From the IMG/VR virus record IMGVR_UViG_3300031976_000848, positions 1 to 47,517 of that record: a DNA stretch of 47,517 nt, one strand, 5' to 3'. Source of the DNA: a virus (lineage: Duplodnaviria > Caudoviricetes). Below, in pieces: positions 25,501-35,190 of the stretch (position 1 is the stretch's first letter; each line of letters starts with the position of its first letter). Below the pieces are notes generated by a model. It did not search any database, was not told the DNA's origin, and saw only the letters and a program-made list of their open reading frames with translations. The translations under genes and the position numbers were made by a program.

Positions 25501-26229
25501 ATGACGAAGAAGACTGCCCCGGAGGCTGTCGGGCTGACAGCACGGCAGTCTCGTTTTGTTGATGAGTATTTGCGCCACGGCCTGGCTTCGGCTGCGGTAA
25601 TGCACTCCGGTGAATTTACGCTGGATGAGCCCGCGAGCGGGTATTACGTATATCTGCTGATCAACCCGATAACAGACCGGGTTATTTATGTCGGCAAGGG
25701 AATACGCAACAGGTCCCGGCAACACGCCAGAGAGGCAAAGGCAGGCGTCGTTAATAATGGCGCCAAGTTCAAAGCTATAAGTGAAGTTCACGCCAGTGGC
25801 AGAGAAGTAGAAATTGCTTACTGTTCTGCTGAATCAGAAGCGCTCGCCTATAAGCATGAGCGCGAACTGATCGACAGCCTAAAAGAAGAAGGAATAACCA
25901 ATAAGGTTAAGGGAATCACCTCTTGCGGCGAAAGAACTCGCTTGGGCGCTCAATATAACCTTGACCACATGAAAAGCCGCGAAGCATGGAAGCGCGAGCT
26001 GCACCCCGATATTCGGGAAACCGTTATCAGGGTATTTGGTGGCTTGGATGAGTGTTACGACAAGATTCGCAATGGCTTTATAGAGCTTTCTCAGGTGCCC
26101 GACGACTTCAATGGCACCTTCTCCCCTTCGCAGCTATTGGAATACCAAAATGGCAAGACCCACCAAGTACAAGGCGGAGTTCGCCGAGCAGGCCCGCAAA
26201 CTGTGCTTGCTGGGGGCGACGGATGCTGA
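25501..26229 (+). CDS. GIY-YIG (LEM-3-like) nuclease with TerS-like N-terminal segment
   Basis: YYVYLLINP..VIYVGKG..NR..QH, E..A...E..LI, ITN; N-terminus LTARQSRFVDEYL. Confidence 0.85.
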   Translation: MTKKTAPEAVGLTARQSRFVDEYLRHGLASAAVMHSGEFTLDEPASGYYVYLLINPITDRVIYVGKGIRNRSRQHAREAKAGVVNNGAKFKAISEVHASGREVEIAYCSAESEALAYKHERELIDSLKEEGITNKVKGITSCGERTRLGAQYNLDHMKSREAWKRELHPDIRETVIRVFGGLDECYDKIRNGFIELSQVPDDFNGTFSPSQLLEYQNGKTHQVQGGVRRAGPQTVLAGGDGC

Positions 26230-26581
26230 CCTGGCAGAGTTTTTTGAAGTCAGCGAGCAAACTATTAACGCTTGGAAGAAGGCCCACAAGGGGTTTCTTG
26301 AGTCCCTAAAGGCGGGCAAGCGCTTAGCTGATGCCGAGGTGGCTGAGCGTCTGTTTCAGCGTGCGATGGGCTACAGCCACCCTGAAGAGAAGGTTTTCAA
26401 TAACCAAGGTGAGATAGTCACGCATCAAACGACTAAGCATTACCCGCCTGACCCGACCAGCATGATCTTCTGGCTTAAGAACCGTGACCCTGAGCGGTGG
26501 AGAGACAAGCCTGCTGATGAAAGCGGTTCTGATGATCTAGTGGCTATGCTGGCTAAGTTAGCTCAAGGGCTCCCTGGATGA
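26150..26581 (+). CDS. terS: Terminase small subunit
   Basis: MARPTKY..LCLLGATD..LA.FF.VS..TI..WK, HYPPD...IFWLKNR.P..WRDK. Confidence 0.9.
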   Translation: MARPTKYKAEFAEQARKLCLLGATDADLAEFFEVSEQTINAWKKAHKGFLESLKAGKRLADAEVAERLFQRAMGYSHPEEKVFNNQGEIVTHQTTKHYPPDPTSMIFWLKNRDPERWRDKPADESGSDDLVAMLAKLAQGLPG

Positions 26582-27888
26582 ATCCCGCGTTAGCACGCCA
26601 GTACAAGCGCTGGTATGACCTCAAGGACATTCCTGAGCAAGTCAGACTGATAACGGAAGAGGTTCGATTTAAAGTGGTGCCTGCTGGTCGACGCTCCGGC
26701 AAGACTGAGCGCGCCAAGCGGTATTTAGCCAAGCAGGCAATGAAGCATCCTAATGAGCTCTACTTTGCTGCTGCCCCTACGCGCGACCAAGTGAAGAAGA
26801 TTTGGTGGGATGACCTAAAGGCAATGACCTTTAGCGTTACGCACTCGAAGCGCCCGAGCGAATCCGAGCTCAAGATATTCATGCCGAACGGCACCGAGAT
26901 TCATTTGATCGGCCTGGACAAGCCTGAACGTATTGAGGGCACGCCTTGGACGGGTGGCGTAATAGACGAGATTGCCGACGTAAAGGCGCATGCATGGGAG
27001 GCGCATATTCTCCCCGCTCTTAACACCGTATCGCCTGAGCGCCCTGATTACCGCGCTTGGTGCTGGCTTATCGGTGTGCCTGATGGTCTCAATCACTATT
27101 ACGAGCTCTACGAGTACGCCAGAACGGCCAATGATCCAGAGTGGGCAGCCTATCACTGGAAGTCGTCAGAGATACTACCGCCTGACGTTATCGCCTCCGC
27201 CAAGCGCGTGATGAGCGCGAAGCAGTTCAAGCAAGAGTTTGAGGCTGGCTTTGAGACGGCAACGGGTCGGATTTACGAAGACTACGGCCAAGAGAATCAC
27301 ACGGACGCTGCTATTGAGCCTCACGAGCAATTGCATTGGATGCATGACCAAAACTTTACGCCGCTTTCATCGGCCATTGGCGTTCAGCGAGGCGATGACC
27401 TTTACCTGCTAGACGAGATTGTCCTGACCAGCGCTATCTCCCGGCAAAGTGCCGAAGAGTTCGTCGAGCGCTACAAGGATCACCAGAACAAGCATGTGCT
27501 GCTATATGGCGACCCTGCTGGGCGCGCTGGCGAGAAGCATGGCCACGCATCGGACTACACCGAGATCGAGGGCGTGCTTAAGGCTAACGGCTGGAAATGT
27601 ACGCGCAAGGTTAAGAAGTCGGCCCCTGCTATCAAGGATCGGCAAAACGCCGTGCGCGCCCGTATCTGCACCGCTGATGGTGAGCGTCATTTGTTCGTCA
27701 ATCCGATAACCGCTAAGTGGTGCCATAAAGGCCTAGCCACGGTGCAGCTTCAGCAGGGTTCGACCTTCCAAGAAGATCAGCGCAACGAATATCAGCACAT
27801 TACCACCGCTATCGGCTACATGGTCGATTCTGTATGGCCCGTTGTGCGTCAAGCCATCGGCATGAAACGAATCAGAGGGTTAAGCTAA
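26578..27888 (+). CDS. terL: Terminase large subunit
   Basis: AGRRSGKT Walker A, GVIDE Walker B, FKQEFEA, YGDPAG. Confidence 0.93.
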   Translation: MNPALARQYKRWYDLKDIPEQVRLITEEVRFKVVPAGRRSGKTERAKRYLAKQAMKHPNELYFAAAPTRDQVKKIWWDDLKAMTFSVTHSKRPSESELKIFMPNGTEIHLIGLDKPERIEGTPWTGGVIDEIADVKAHAWEAHILPALNTVSPERPDYRAWCWLIGVPDGLNHYYELYEYARTANDPEWAAYHWKSSEILPPDVIASAKRVMSAKQFKQEFEAGFETATGRIYEDYGQENHTDAAIEPHEQLHWMHDQNFTPLSSAIGVQRGDDLYLLDEIVLTSAISRQSAEEFVERYKDHQNKHVLLYGDPAGRAGEKHGHASDYTEIEGVLKANGWKCTRKVKKSAPAIKDRQNAVRARICTADGERHLFVNPITAKWCHKGLATVQLQQGSTFQEDQRNEYQHITTAIGYMVDSVWPVVRQAIGMKRIRGLS

Positions 27889-29273
27889 TGCCAGTTACCA
27901 GCCAGCATAAGCAATACATCAAGATGGTTGATGACTGGCAGATGATGCAGGACGCGCTAGACGGAGAGCGCTGCATCAAAGCGGCGAACACTGTCTATCT
28001 TCCTAAAACATCCGCCATGATAGCCGCAGAGCATAGCGGCGCAGAGATATCGAAAGCTGAGGCTAAAGAATTCTATGATTCTTACAAAGATGGCGCTGAA
28101 TATCCGCTTTGGGTAAAAGACTCGTTGCGCACGATGGTTGGCATGGCTGCACGGCAAGAGCCAGAGATAGTCTTGCCAGAACGCATGAAGGCATTGGAGC
28201 ATGAAGCTACCAGCGATGGGTTCGGACTAAAGCAGCTCTACTTGCGCATCGTGTCTGCTCTGCTGACCAAAGGCCGCAAGCCCCTGCTGGTTGAGTTCGA
28301 TGATAAAGGTAATCCCTACATCGCGACGTATACGGCAGAGACCGCTATCAACTGGATGACTCGCGACACTGGCGGGCGCCAAGATTTAACCCTGGTCGTG
28401 CTCAAAGAACAGCGGCTGAAAGATTCTAGCGATGAGTTCGCACCTGAATACGAAGATGTTTACCGTGTGCTTGATTTGGTCGAGGGTCGCTACCGCGTTC
28501 GCCTGTTGAGCGAAGCAGGTGCGCCAATAGAAGATGAAGAATACCCCGGCTTAATCGGCGGCAGCCAGGCTACATCCCTTGGATTCATTCCGGTCGTGTT
28601 CGCTGGCAGCACCGACAATAACCCTGATACTGACGAGATACCGCTATTAACCATGGCTCAGTTGGCAATCCGCTATTATAAGCGCAGCGCCGATTTGATC
28701 TCTGATGCGCATAACACAACGCACGCGCAGCCAGTGGTTACTGGCGTGCCTGATAATTTTAAGTTGGGCGTCACAGGGCCTATGCTGGCTTGGATTCTTC
28801 CAGAGGGCGCGACAGCTAGCTACATGGAGCGAACAGGCAGCGGCGCAGCTATCAATGAGCGCCAAATGGAACGCTACAAAAACGCTGCGGCTGAGTCAGG
28901 TGCCAAGGTTATTGATGCCGGTGGAGTTGAGTCGGGCGATGCCCGTAAAGCCCGCCAAAACGATCAGCATAGCGCGCTCTACTCTACGTGCGTAGCGGGC
29001 GCTGAGGCTGTCGAGCAGGCATTGAAATATGTCGCGTACTGGATGGGCATTAATCCTGATCTAGTGGCGTTTAAGGTAGAGCCCCAGTTCACGCCGGATG
29101 ACATTGATTCAGCCATGCTGCAAATCGTCTCCAATATCGTGATGGCGGGAGAGGCACCGCGTACTGTGCTCTATGATGCGCTGAGGAAGATCGGCCTTAC
29201 TGAGCTAACTGACGTTGAGCTTGATTCGCTACGTGAGGGTGGCGACGGCCTGCCTAATCTTGAGGATGCCTAA
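27888..29273 (+). CDS. Portal protein (DUF4055-type)
   Basis: Follows terL via TAATG; YLPK, INW, IPVVF.G, ESG.A motifs. Confidence 0.88.
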   Translation: MPVTSQHKQYIKMVDDWQMMQDALDGERCIKAANTVYLPKTSAMIAAEHSGAEISKAEAKEFYDSYKDGAEYPLWVKDSLRTMVGMAARQEPEIVLPERMKALEHEATSDGFGLKQLYLRIVSALLTKGRKPLLVEFDDKGNPYIATYTAETAINWMTRDTGGRQDLTLVVLKEQRLKDSSDEFAPEYEDVYRVLDLVEGRYRVRLLSEAGAPIEDEEYPGLIGGSQATSLGFIPVVFAGSTDNNPDTDEIPLLTMAQLAIRYYKRSADLISDAHNTTHAQPVVTGVPDNFKLGVTGPMLAWILPEGATASYMERTGSGAAINERQMERYKNAAAESGAKVIDAGGVESGDARKARQNDQHSALYSTCVAGAEAVEQALKYVAYWMGINPDLVAFKVEPQFTPDDIDSAMLQIVSNIVMAGEAPRTVLYDALRKIGLTELTDVELDSLREGGDGLPNLEDA

Positions 29274-30415
29274 TGCCAAACGACCGCGAATCACGGCGCA
29301 TTGCCCAAGAGGTCGTGGTCGAGGCTATCACCACGCACACGGTATGGTTACATCGCGCTAGTAGCGCCCAGGTTAACCGCATGGTGGCAATGGTTGATGA
29401 CCTATCAGCCAGCCTTGCATCGAAGCTTGGCGAGCGTCTAGACAACCTTACGCCCGCTGAGCTTGCCGCATTTAGCCGTGGGCGCTACACCACCGACCGC
29501 CTTAAAGGACTGCGTAACCTCATTGATAAATGGGCGGAATCGCTGGGCAGTGCGCTGAACGCTGAAAACGCCAAGTCGCTCGAAGAGCTGGCTGGTTATG
29601 AGGCTGGCTTTGCTCGCAGCTTGGTAGCCGATGCCGTTACCGGTGCGGTAGCCGCCGCCCCCGCAGCCGCTGCCGTGTATGAGTCTGCGATGCAGCAACC
29701 AGTGCTAGGCCAAATGGTTGAGGATATGTTTACAGAGGTGCCAAGGCGTACCCGCAGCATCGTCTACAGCCAGATCAGGCAAGGTATTAGCAACGGCCAA
29801 ACAAATCAGCAGATCATTCGAGCGCTACGCGGTACTAAGGCGCTCAAGTACAAGGATGGCGCCCTCAATTGGGCGCGCAGCGAGATTGATAACCTTGTGC
29901 GCACCAGTCGCGGGCATGTGAGCAATGTGGCGTACGAATCGACCTATGAGGCCCTAGGCGTCGAGGAAGTGGTTGACGTGGCCACGATTGATTTTAGGGT
30001 CACAAAATATTGCGCTTCGATAGATGGCCGCAGGCACAAGGTGGGCACGGCTCACCCCAGGCCGCCCTATCATTATCGATGTCGTACCGTTCAGGCCCCA
30101 TCGTTCGGCGCGAACATCATGGGGCAGCGGCCATATGTGAAAGCGTTCAAGCCAGTTAGCCAGATACCCAAAGATCAGCGTCCCGACGATATGATTGGGC
30201 AGGTATCAGCAAACACTAAGTGGCCTCAATGGTTCGCACGGCAGCCCGCCAGCTTGCAGCGCGAATGGCTTGGCCCTACGCGCTACCAGCTTTACAAAAA
30301 AGGCGGCTACAAAATTGAGCGTTTCAGCGACCCGCTTGGCGGTGAGCTGACGATTGCAGAGCTACGCGCTCGCGACCGCGAGACGTTTGAAAGGCTGTTC
30401 GCTGAGGCCGCATAG
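29273..30415 (+). CDS. Minor head morphogenesis protein (Mu F/SPP1 gp7-like)
   Basis: LVRT, ATIDFRVTKYC..IDG, PPYHYRCRT. Confidence 0.9.
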   Translation: MPNDRESRRIAQEVVVEAITTHTVWLHRASSAQVNRMVAMVDDLSASLASKLGERLDNLTPAELAAFSRGRYTTDRLKGLRNLIDKWAESLGSALNAENAKSLEELAGYEAGFARSLVADAVTGAVAAAPAAAAVYESAMQQPVLGQMVEDMFTEVPRRTRSIVYSQIRQGISNGQTNQQIIRALRGTKALKYKDGALNWARSEIDNLVRTSRGHVSNVAYESTYEALGVEEVVDVATIDFRVTKYCASIDGRRHKVGTAHPRPPYHYRCRTVQAPSFGANIMGQRPYVKAFKPVSQIPKDQRPDDMIGQVSANTKWPQWFARQPASLQREWLGPTRYQLYKKGGYKIERFSDPLGGELTIAELRARDRETFERLFAEAA

Positions 30416-30429
30416 GTTAAGCTGTCCCA

Positions 30430-30582
30430 ATGACACCCTGCGACGCACAATTTCATACATGGTGGCAATGCTTCCAGCGGCAACAAGCGGGCATCGCCAC
30501 CTTTCACGACCTGATCATCATGCGGATGAATTGGGAGCTGAGCATGGCTATACAGCTTAGGCTCGGTTCGCTAAACGACTAA
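30430..30582 (+). CDS. Possible 50-aa hypothetical protein
   Basis: Fills the gap before the double terminator; weak SD. Confidence 0.3.
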   Translation: MTPCDAQFHTWWQCFQRQQAGIATFHDLIIMRMNWELSMAIQLRLGSLND

Positions 30583-30587
30583 CCACT

Positions 30588-30642
30588 ACCCCGCCATCGT
30601 GCGGGGTTTTCTTTATCTGGCTGCCTACGGGCGGCCTTTTTT
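30588..30642 (+). terminator. Tandem terminators
   Basis: CCCCGC/GCGGGG plus T-run, then GGCTGCC/GGCGGCC plus T6. Confidence 0.75.
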
Positions 30643-30718
30643 GTTTCCGCTTTCCGGTGAGACGCCGGGCAGCTTCCACCAGCCCGAGATGGGCGAATCA
30701 AACGAGAGGTTTGATCTC

Positions 30719-31474
30719 ATGGCATTACCCTTTGAAGTCGACACATTAGACAACATCCCTGAAACAGTGCGTGACCAGTACGTTGAGGCCGAAGGCGGTA
30801 AGTTCCGTCTAGACCTGGATGGTTACGAAGACCCGGCAGGCTTGAAGTCAGCTCTGGAAAAGGAGCGCAGCGAGAAGAAAGAGCGCGACCGTCAGCTACG
30901 CGAGATGCAAAAGCAATATGACGGCATCGACCCTGAGAAAACTCGTGAAATGCTTTCCCGCCTAGAGCAGGACGAAGAGGCCAAGCTGATCGCTGAAGGC
31001 AAGATGGATGAAGTCATGAATCAGCGCACTGAGCGCATGCGTTCGGACTTTGAAAGCAAACTCACACAGGCACAGCAAGAGGCTGAGGCCGCCAAGACGT
31101 TTGCTGGCAAGTTCCGTTCCCGCGTATTGAGTGACGAGATCCGCAGCGCCGCATCAAAGATTGGCATTGTGGACACTGCTGTTACTGACGCGGTGTATCG
31201 CGCTAAAGAGCTGTTTGAAGTCGATGATGAAGGCAATGTCGTGCCGACCGAGGCGGCTGGGCTTGATGCCAATGGTAAGCCGCTAACCCCTGAAACTTGG
31301 CTGGAATCCATGCGTGACAATGCGTCTCACTGGTTCCCAACTCCGAAAGGCGGCGGCGCCCCTGGCAATGATGGCAAAGGTAGTGGGCAGAAACGTTCTG
31401 CCATGACTGCCGAACAGAAGCACGCCTACATCCAGAAGCACGGCCAGCAAGCCTATCTACGACTCCCTTCTTAA
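30719..31474 (+). CDS. Capsid scaffolding protein
   Basis: GLKSALEKER coiled coil, HWFP..GGGA.G, M..EQK..YI..HG...YL.LP; GAGG SD. Confidence 0.88.
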   Translation: MALPFEVDTLDNIPETVRDQYVEAEGGKFRLDLDGYEDPAGLKSALEKERSEKKERDRQLREMQKQYDGIDPEKTREMLSRLEQDEEAKLIAEGKMDEVMNQRTERMRSDFESKLTQAQQEAEAAKTFAGKFRSRVLSDEIRSAASKIGIVDTAVTDAVYRAKELFEVDDEGNVVPTEAAGLDANGKPLTPETWLESMRDNASHWFPTPKGGGAPGNDGKGSGQKRSAMTAEQKHAYIQKHGQQAYLRLPS

Positions 31475-31486
31475 GGATTTATAACC

Positions 31487-32464
31487 ATGGCGACAACCGT
31501 TAACTCTGACATGATCATCTACAACGATCTGGCTCAGACTGCTTACCTGGAGCGTATTCAGGAAGTGTTCGAGGTGTTCAATACTGCCTCCCAAGGCGCT
31601 ATTGTCCTCGACTCTGAGCTGATCGAAGGTGATATGCGCAAGCGCGCCTTCTACAAAATCGGTGGCTCTATCGCGCACCGCAACGTCAACTCTACCGCCA
31701 CGGTCAGCGGCATCAAGATTGGCGCTGGTGAAATGACCGACATTAAAGTGCCGTTCAAGTACGGTCCCTACGAAACCACTGAGGAAGCCTTCAAGCGCCG
31801 TGCGCGCTCGCCAGAAGAGTTCTCAATGCTGGTCGGCCAAGACTACGCTGACGCGGTCATGGTCGGTCGTGTTGAGTACGCAATGGCCGCTCTAGAGGCC
31901 TCAATTGGCAGCAACAGCGCTATGTCCGTAGCGGGCTCTTTCGCTGTCGACGGCAAGAAAGTACTAACCCGCGGCCTTCGCACCTTGGGCGACCGCTTTG
32001 GTCGTGTCGCTATCTGGGTAATGGATTCCGCCACCTACTTCGACTTGGTGGATCAGTCTATCGCCGACAAGATTTACGGCGAGACAGACGTGGTGATCTA
32101 CGGCGGACAGCCCGGCACCATGGGCAAGCCGGTGCTAGTTACGGATATGTGCCCTGTCGACACCATCTTCGGCCTCCAGTCCGGCTCTGTCAGCATCACC
32201 GAGTCTCAGGCGCCTGGCTTCCGCTCTTACATGATCGACAATCAGGAAAACTTGGCGATGGGCTTCCGCGCCGAGGGTACGTTCAATGTTGGGCTGATGG
32301 GCTATAGCTGGACCGGCTCCGAAAACCCGAACCTTGCTGCCATCGGTACCGGCTCCAACTGGACCAAGTACGCCACCAGCAACAAGAACACTGCCGGTTT
32401 CTTGATCAGCACTGCCGATGCTTCTGGCTCCGGTTCTGCGTCTGCTTCTGGCTCTGGCTCCTAA
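31487..32464 (+). CDS. Major capsid protein with Ser/Gly/Ala C-terminal extension
   Basis: Follows scaffold; TTVNSDMIIYNDLAQTAYLER, FGRVAIW.MDS, GTMGKPVLVTD, NW.K..TSNK.TAG; ends ASGSGSASASGSGS. Confidence 0.92.
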   Translation: MATTVNSDMIIYNDLAQTAYLERIQEVFEVFNTASQGAIVLDSELIEGDMRKRAFYKIGGSIAHRNVNSTATVSGIKIGAGEMTDIKVPFKYGPYETTEEAFKRRARSPEEFSMLVGQDYADAVMVGRVEYAMAALEASIGSNSAMSVAGSFAVDGKKVLTRGLRTLGDRFGRVAIWVMDSATYFDLVDQSIADKIYGETDVVIYGGQPGTMGKPVLVTDMCPVDTIFGLQSGSVSITESQAPGFRSYMIDNQENLAMGFRAEGTFNVGLMGYSWTGSENPNLAAIGTGSNWTKYATSNKNTAGFLISTADASGSGSASASGSGS

Positions 32465-32483
32465 ACCACTCTCGGGGTAAATC

Positions 32484-33446
32484 ATGCGAGTTCTTATCTA
32501 CTCTCAGTCAGTGCTGGCAACGGCACTGGCCGGGGCTCTGTCTGCCATGGGTCACCGCATTGAAATGCGCAACCCGCGCTATTGGCGCGGCGAGATTGAG
32601 CCGTGTGATTTCCTGGTAGTGGGCGGTATGCGCGCAGGTCGTCGCATTGTGGCGGCCTATGATCAACCGTCGCTGGTAGTCGATTGGGGCTACCTGCATC
32701 GGGTGAATAACCGCGATGAAGTGCATAGCGGTCATTGGCAAGTAGGTATTGGCAATCTTAACTGGTTGCCGCCCTTCGCCTGCCCTACTGATCGCTTTGA
32801 TTCCCTCGGTCTCGAAATTGCCGCGAAAGGCGGTGATGCCAAGGGCTATATTCTGCTCATTGGGCAAATGCCCGGTGATGCTGCCCATGCTGGCGTGAAT
32901 CACGAGGCATGGCTGAAAGAACAGGTCGAGCGCTACGGCGCTGACAATATTCTCTATCGCCCGCACCCGCGCGGCGGCGTTGAGCTCATTGGCGTAGAGC
33001 GCGACACAGGCTCGCTAAGCGAAGCACTTGAAGGCGCAAGGCTGGTGGTCACCTACAACAGCAACGCAGGCCATGAGGCATTGATGGCTGGCGTGCCGGT
33101 GGTCTGCGACCTATCAGCGGCCTATGCCGAGCTATCAGGTGAGCAGTTGCCTAGCCTAGATGATCGTCGCGCCTACTTCGCTCGTGTGGCATACGGCCAA
33201 TGGCTGGCCAGCGAGGCCGAACAGTGCGCAGCGTTCATTCTCGATCACCTGCTAACCGGTGAAGGCTTTGAGGGCGTAGACGATACCAGCGAGCCAAAAG
33301 TCGATAGCGAGCCATCACGCCGTGACTTCCTGCTAGACGAAATCGAACGACTCGGCGGCAAGCGCCCTGGGGCACGGAGCAAAGATGACACGCTTGAACA
33401 GCGTTATGCCGAGTTAATCAACGCTGAGCATGGCGGTGACCAATGA
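32484..33446 (+). CDS. KpsS/KpsC-like (capsule-synthesis) GT-B glycosyltransferase with small C-terminal helical domain
   Basis: DWGYLHR, GQMPGD (QxxxD), YRPHP, VTYNSNAGHEALMAGVPV motifs. Confidence 0.8.
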   Translation: MRVLIYSQSVLATALAGALSAMGHRIEMRNPRYWRGEIEPCDFLVVGGMRAGRRIVAAYDQPSLVVDWGYLHRVNNRDEVHSGHWQVGIGNLNWLPPFACPTDRFDSLGLEIAAKGGDAKGYILLIGQMPGDAAHAGVNHEAWLKEQVERYGADNILYRPHPRGGVELIGVERDTGSLSEALEGARLVVTYNSNAGHEALMAGVPVVCDLSAAYAELSGEQLPSLDDRRAYFARVAYGQWLASEAEQCAAFILDHLLTGEGFEGVDDTSEPKVDSEPSRRDFLLDEIERLGGKRPGARSKDDTLEQRYAELINAEHGGDQ

Positions 33447-34006
33447 ATGCCGAGATAGCGTTTCGCAAGCTGTTGAGCATGGAGTTCTCGACAGTGGTGG
33501 ACGTCGGCTCCGGCGCTGGCGAGCATGCCCGCGCAATGCGTGAGGCAGGCAAGCAGGTAACGACCATCGCTTACACAGGCGAGGCCGATATCATTGGCGA
33601 CTACTGCGAAACCGATGTAGGTCAGTTTGACGCCATTTGGGCTAGCCATGTGCTGGAGCATCAGCCCGACCCGGGCAAGTTCCTACGCAAATGTTACGCC
33701 GACCTCAACGATAACGGCATCCTGGCGGTCACCGTGCCACCGATGAAACCGGAGATTGTGGGCGGTCACCTGACGCTATGGAATGCAGGCCTGCTGCTCT
33801 ACAGCTTGATCCTGGCGGGCTTTGACTGCTCACAGGCCATGGCCAAGACCTACGGCTATAACGTGAGTGTCATCGTCCGGAAGCGGCCAGCCGATTTGCC
33901 TGACTTGCACATGGACCGGGGCGACATTGAGCGCTTGGCCCACCTTTTCCCCATGCCAGTGAAGCAAGGCTTTAACGGCAACATCGCATCGATCAACTGG
34001 AGCTAG
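33443..34006 (+). CDS. Class I SAM-dependent methyltransferase
   Basis: VVDVGSGAG motif I, FDAIWASHVLEH, GILAVTVP. Confidence 0.9.
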   Translation: MNAEIAFRKLLSMEFSTVVDVGSGAGEHARAMREAGKQVTTIAYTGEADIIGDYCETDVGQFDAIWASHVLEHQPDPGKFLRKCYADLNDNGILAVTVPPMKPEIVGGHLTLWNAGLLLYSLILAGFDCSQAMAKTYGYNVSVIVRKRPADLPDLHMDRGDIERLAHLFPMPVKQGFNGNIASINWS

Positions 34007-34010
34007 CGAA

Positions 34011-34385
34011 ATGACCATCTATGTGACAGTTGAAGACGTTGACACGATTCTCGGCAGTGACTGGGCCGAGGAAGCCGTTAAGCCTTTGGCCGTGCAAATG
34101 GCTAACGACTGGCTCACCTCCCGCAATATACCTGCCGACATTGACGACGACCGCATCACTCGCGCCGGTGCTTATCTGGCCAAGACGGCAGCGGCCGGTA
34201 CGCTGTATGCAGATAGCGAGGGGGCCGTGAAGCGTGAAATGATCCGCGCTGACACAGTAGAGCTAGAGACTGAGTTCCAAGACGGTGCTCGCTCTATCGC
34301 TGGCGACATGCTCTACGTCAACGATCTCTTGCGCCCCTGGCTTAACCCCTACGGCTCTAACGTTCGCATTCTGTCGAGGCTCTAA
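34011..34385 (+). CDS. Head-tail adaptor/connector
   Basis: Position; YVTVEDVD, LLRPW. Confidence 0.7.
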   Translation: MTIYVTVEDVDTILGSDWAEEAVKPLAVQMANDWLTSRNIPADIDDDRITRAGAYLAKTAAAGTLYADSEGAVKREMIRADTVELETEFQDGARSIAGDMLYVNDLLRPWLNPYGSNVRILSRL

Positions 34386-34780
34386 TGGGCTACATCCAAG
34401 ACCGCATTAACGCCAAGCTGCCGAAAGCCTACAGCGGCAAGCTATCTGACGCGATCAAGACCTTTGAGGGTTCCCGTACTGTATCAACCGGCGTCTATGA
34501 TCCGACCACCGGCCAATACGGTACCGAGGTAACCCGCTATCAAGGGCGTGGCGTGTTTGGCTCGTTTAAGCAGAGCGAGGTTGATGGCGTCAAAATCCTG
34601 GCGACGGATTACAAGCTCTCTGGGGTGCTCAAGGTTGAGACCGTCGAAGTGGTGGACGGGCAGCCGACCACTACCCTGGCCACGCCTCAAATTGATGACG
34701 TGATTAACGGGCTGACGGTTAAGAGCGTTGGCGGCGATCCAGCCGACGCAACGTGGACGCTAGGGCTAAGGAGAACGTAA
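34385..34780 (+). CDS. Head closure protein
   Basis: GVYDPTTG, DG..ILATD.K, DPADATW..LR. Confidence 0.7.
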   Translation: MGYIQDRINAKLPKAYSGKLSDAIKTFEGSRTVSTGVYDPTTGQYGTEVTRYQGRGVFGSFKQSEVDGVKILATDYKLSGVLKVETVEVVDGQPTTTLATPQIDDVINGLTVKSVGGDPADATWTLGLRRT

Positions 34781-35190
34781 TGGCGAGAGGTGGATGGTCC
34801 ATGCCGCTGAATGCCTTTGTGCCCCAGGTCGAAAGCGAGTTCGTCAAGCTACGTAACCGCATCGTGGCCGAAGCGCTGCAACTTTTGCAGTTTGGCTCTC
34901 CTGTTGACCAGGGTACGTATCGAGCGAATCACCGCGTCTCTGTTGGTGACCGCGACTTTACGTTTGAGTTGTTAGCAGGCTCTACAGCGCCTAAAGGCAG
35001 TGTCGATCAGCAGGCTTACGACCGAGAGATACGCAAGCTGCTCACCGAAAACGCGCCCTACACCATCGTCTATTTGCAGAATAACCTTCCCTACGCTCAG
35101 CGCATCGAGGATGGATGGTCACAGCAAGCAGGCCAAGGCGTATACAGCACGGCAGCCTCTGCGCTGCGCTCTAAGTACGGGGGCGGCTAA
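34780..35190 (+). CDS. Neck protein (HK97 gp10-like)
   Basis: SPVDQG.YR.N, NNLPYA.RIEDGWSQQA..GVY. Confidence 0.85.
   Translation: MARGGWSMPLNAFVPQVESEFVKLRNRIVAEALQLLQFGSPVDQGTYRANHRVSVGDRDFTFELLAGSTAPKGSVDQQAYDREIRKLLTENAPYTIVYLQNNLPYAQRIEDGWSQQAGQGVYSTAASALRSKYGGG

Noticed and set aside
25168-25791. 207-aa minus-strand ORF
   Set aside because: Antisense to the spanin, the structured element and the GIY-YIG gene; no recognisable motif
33443-34006. DNA methyltransferase call
   Set aside because: Lacks DPPY/NPPY or PC catalytic motifs; SHVLEH fits small-molecule/glycan methyltransferases
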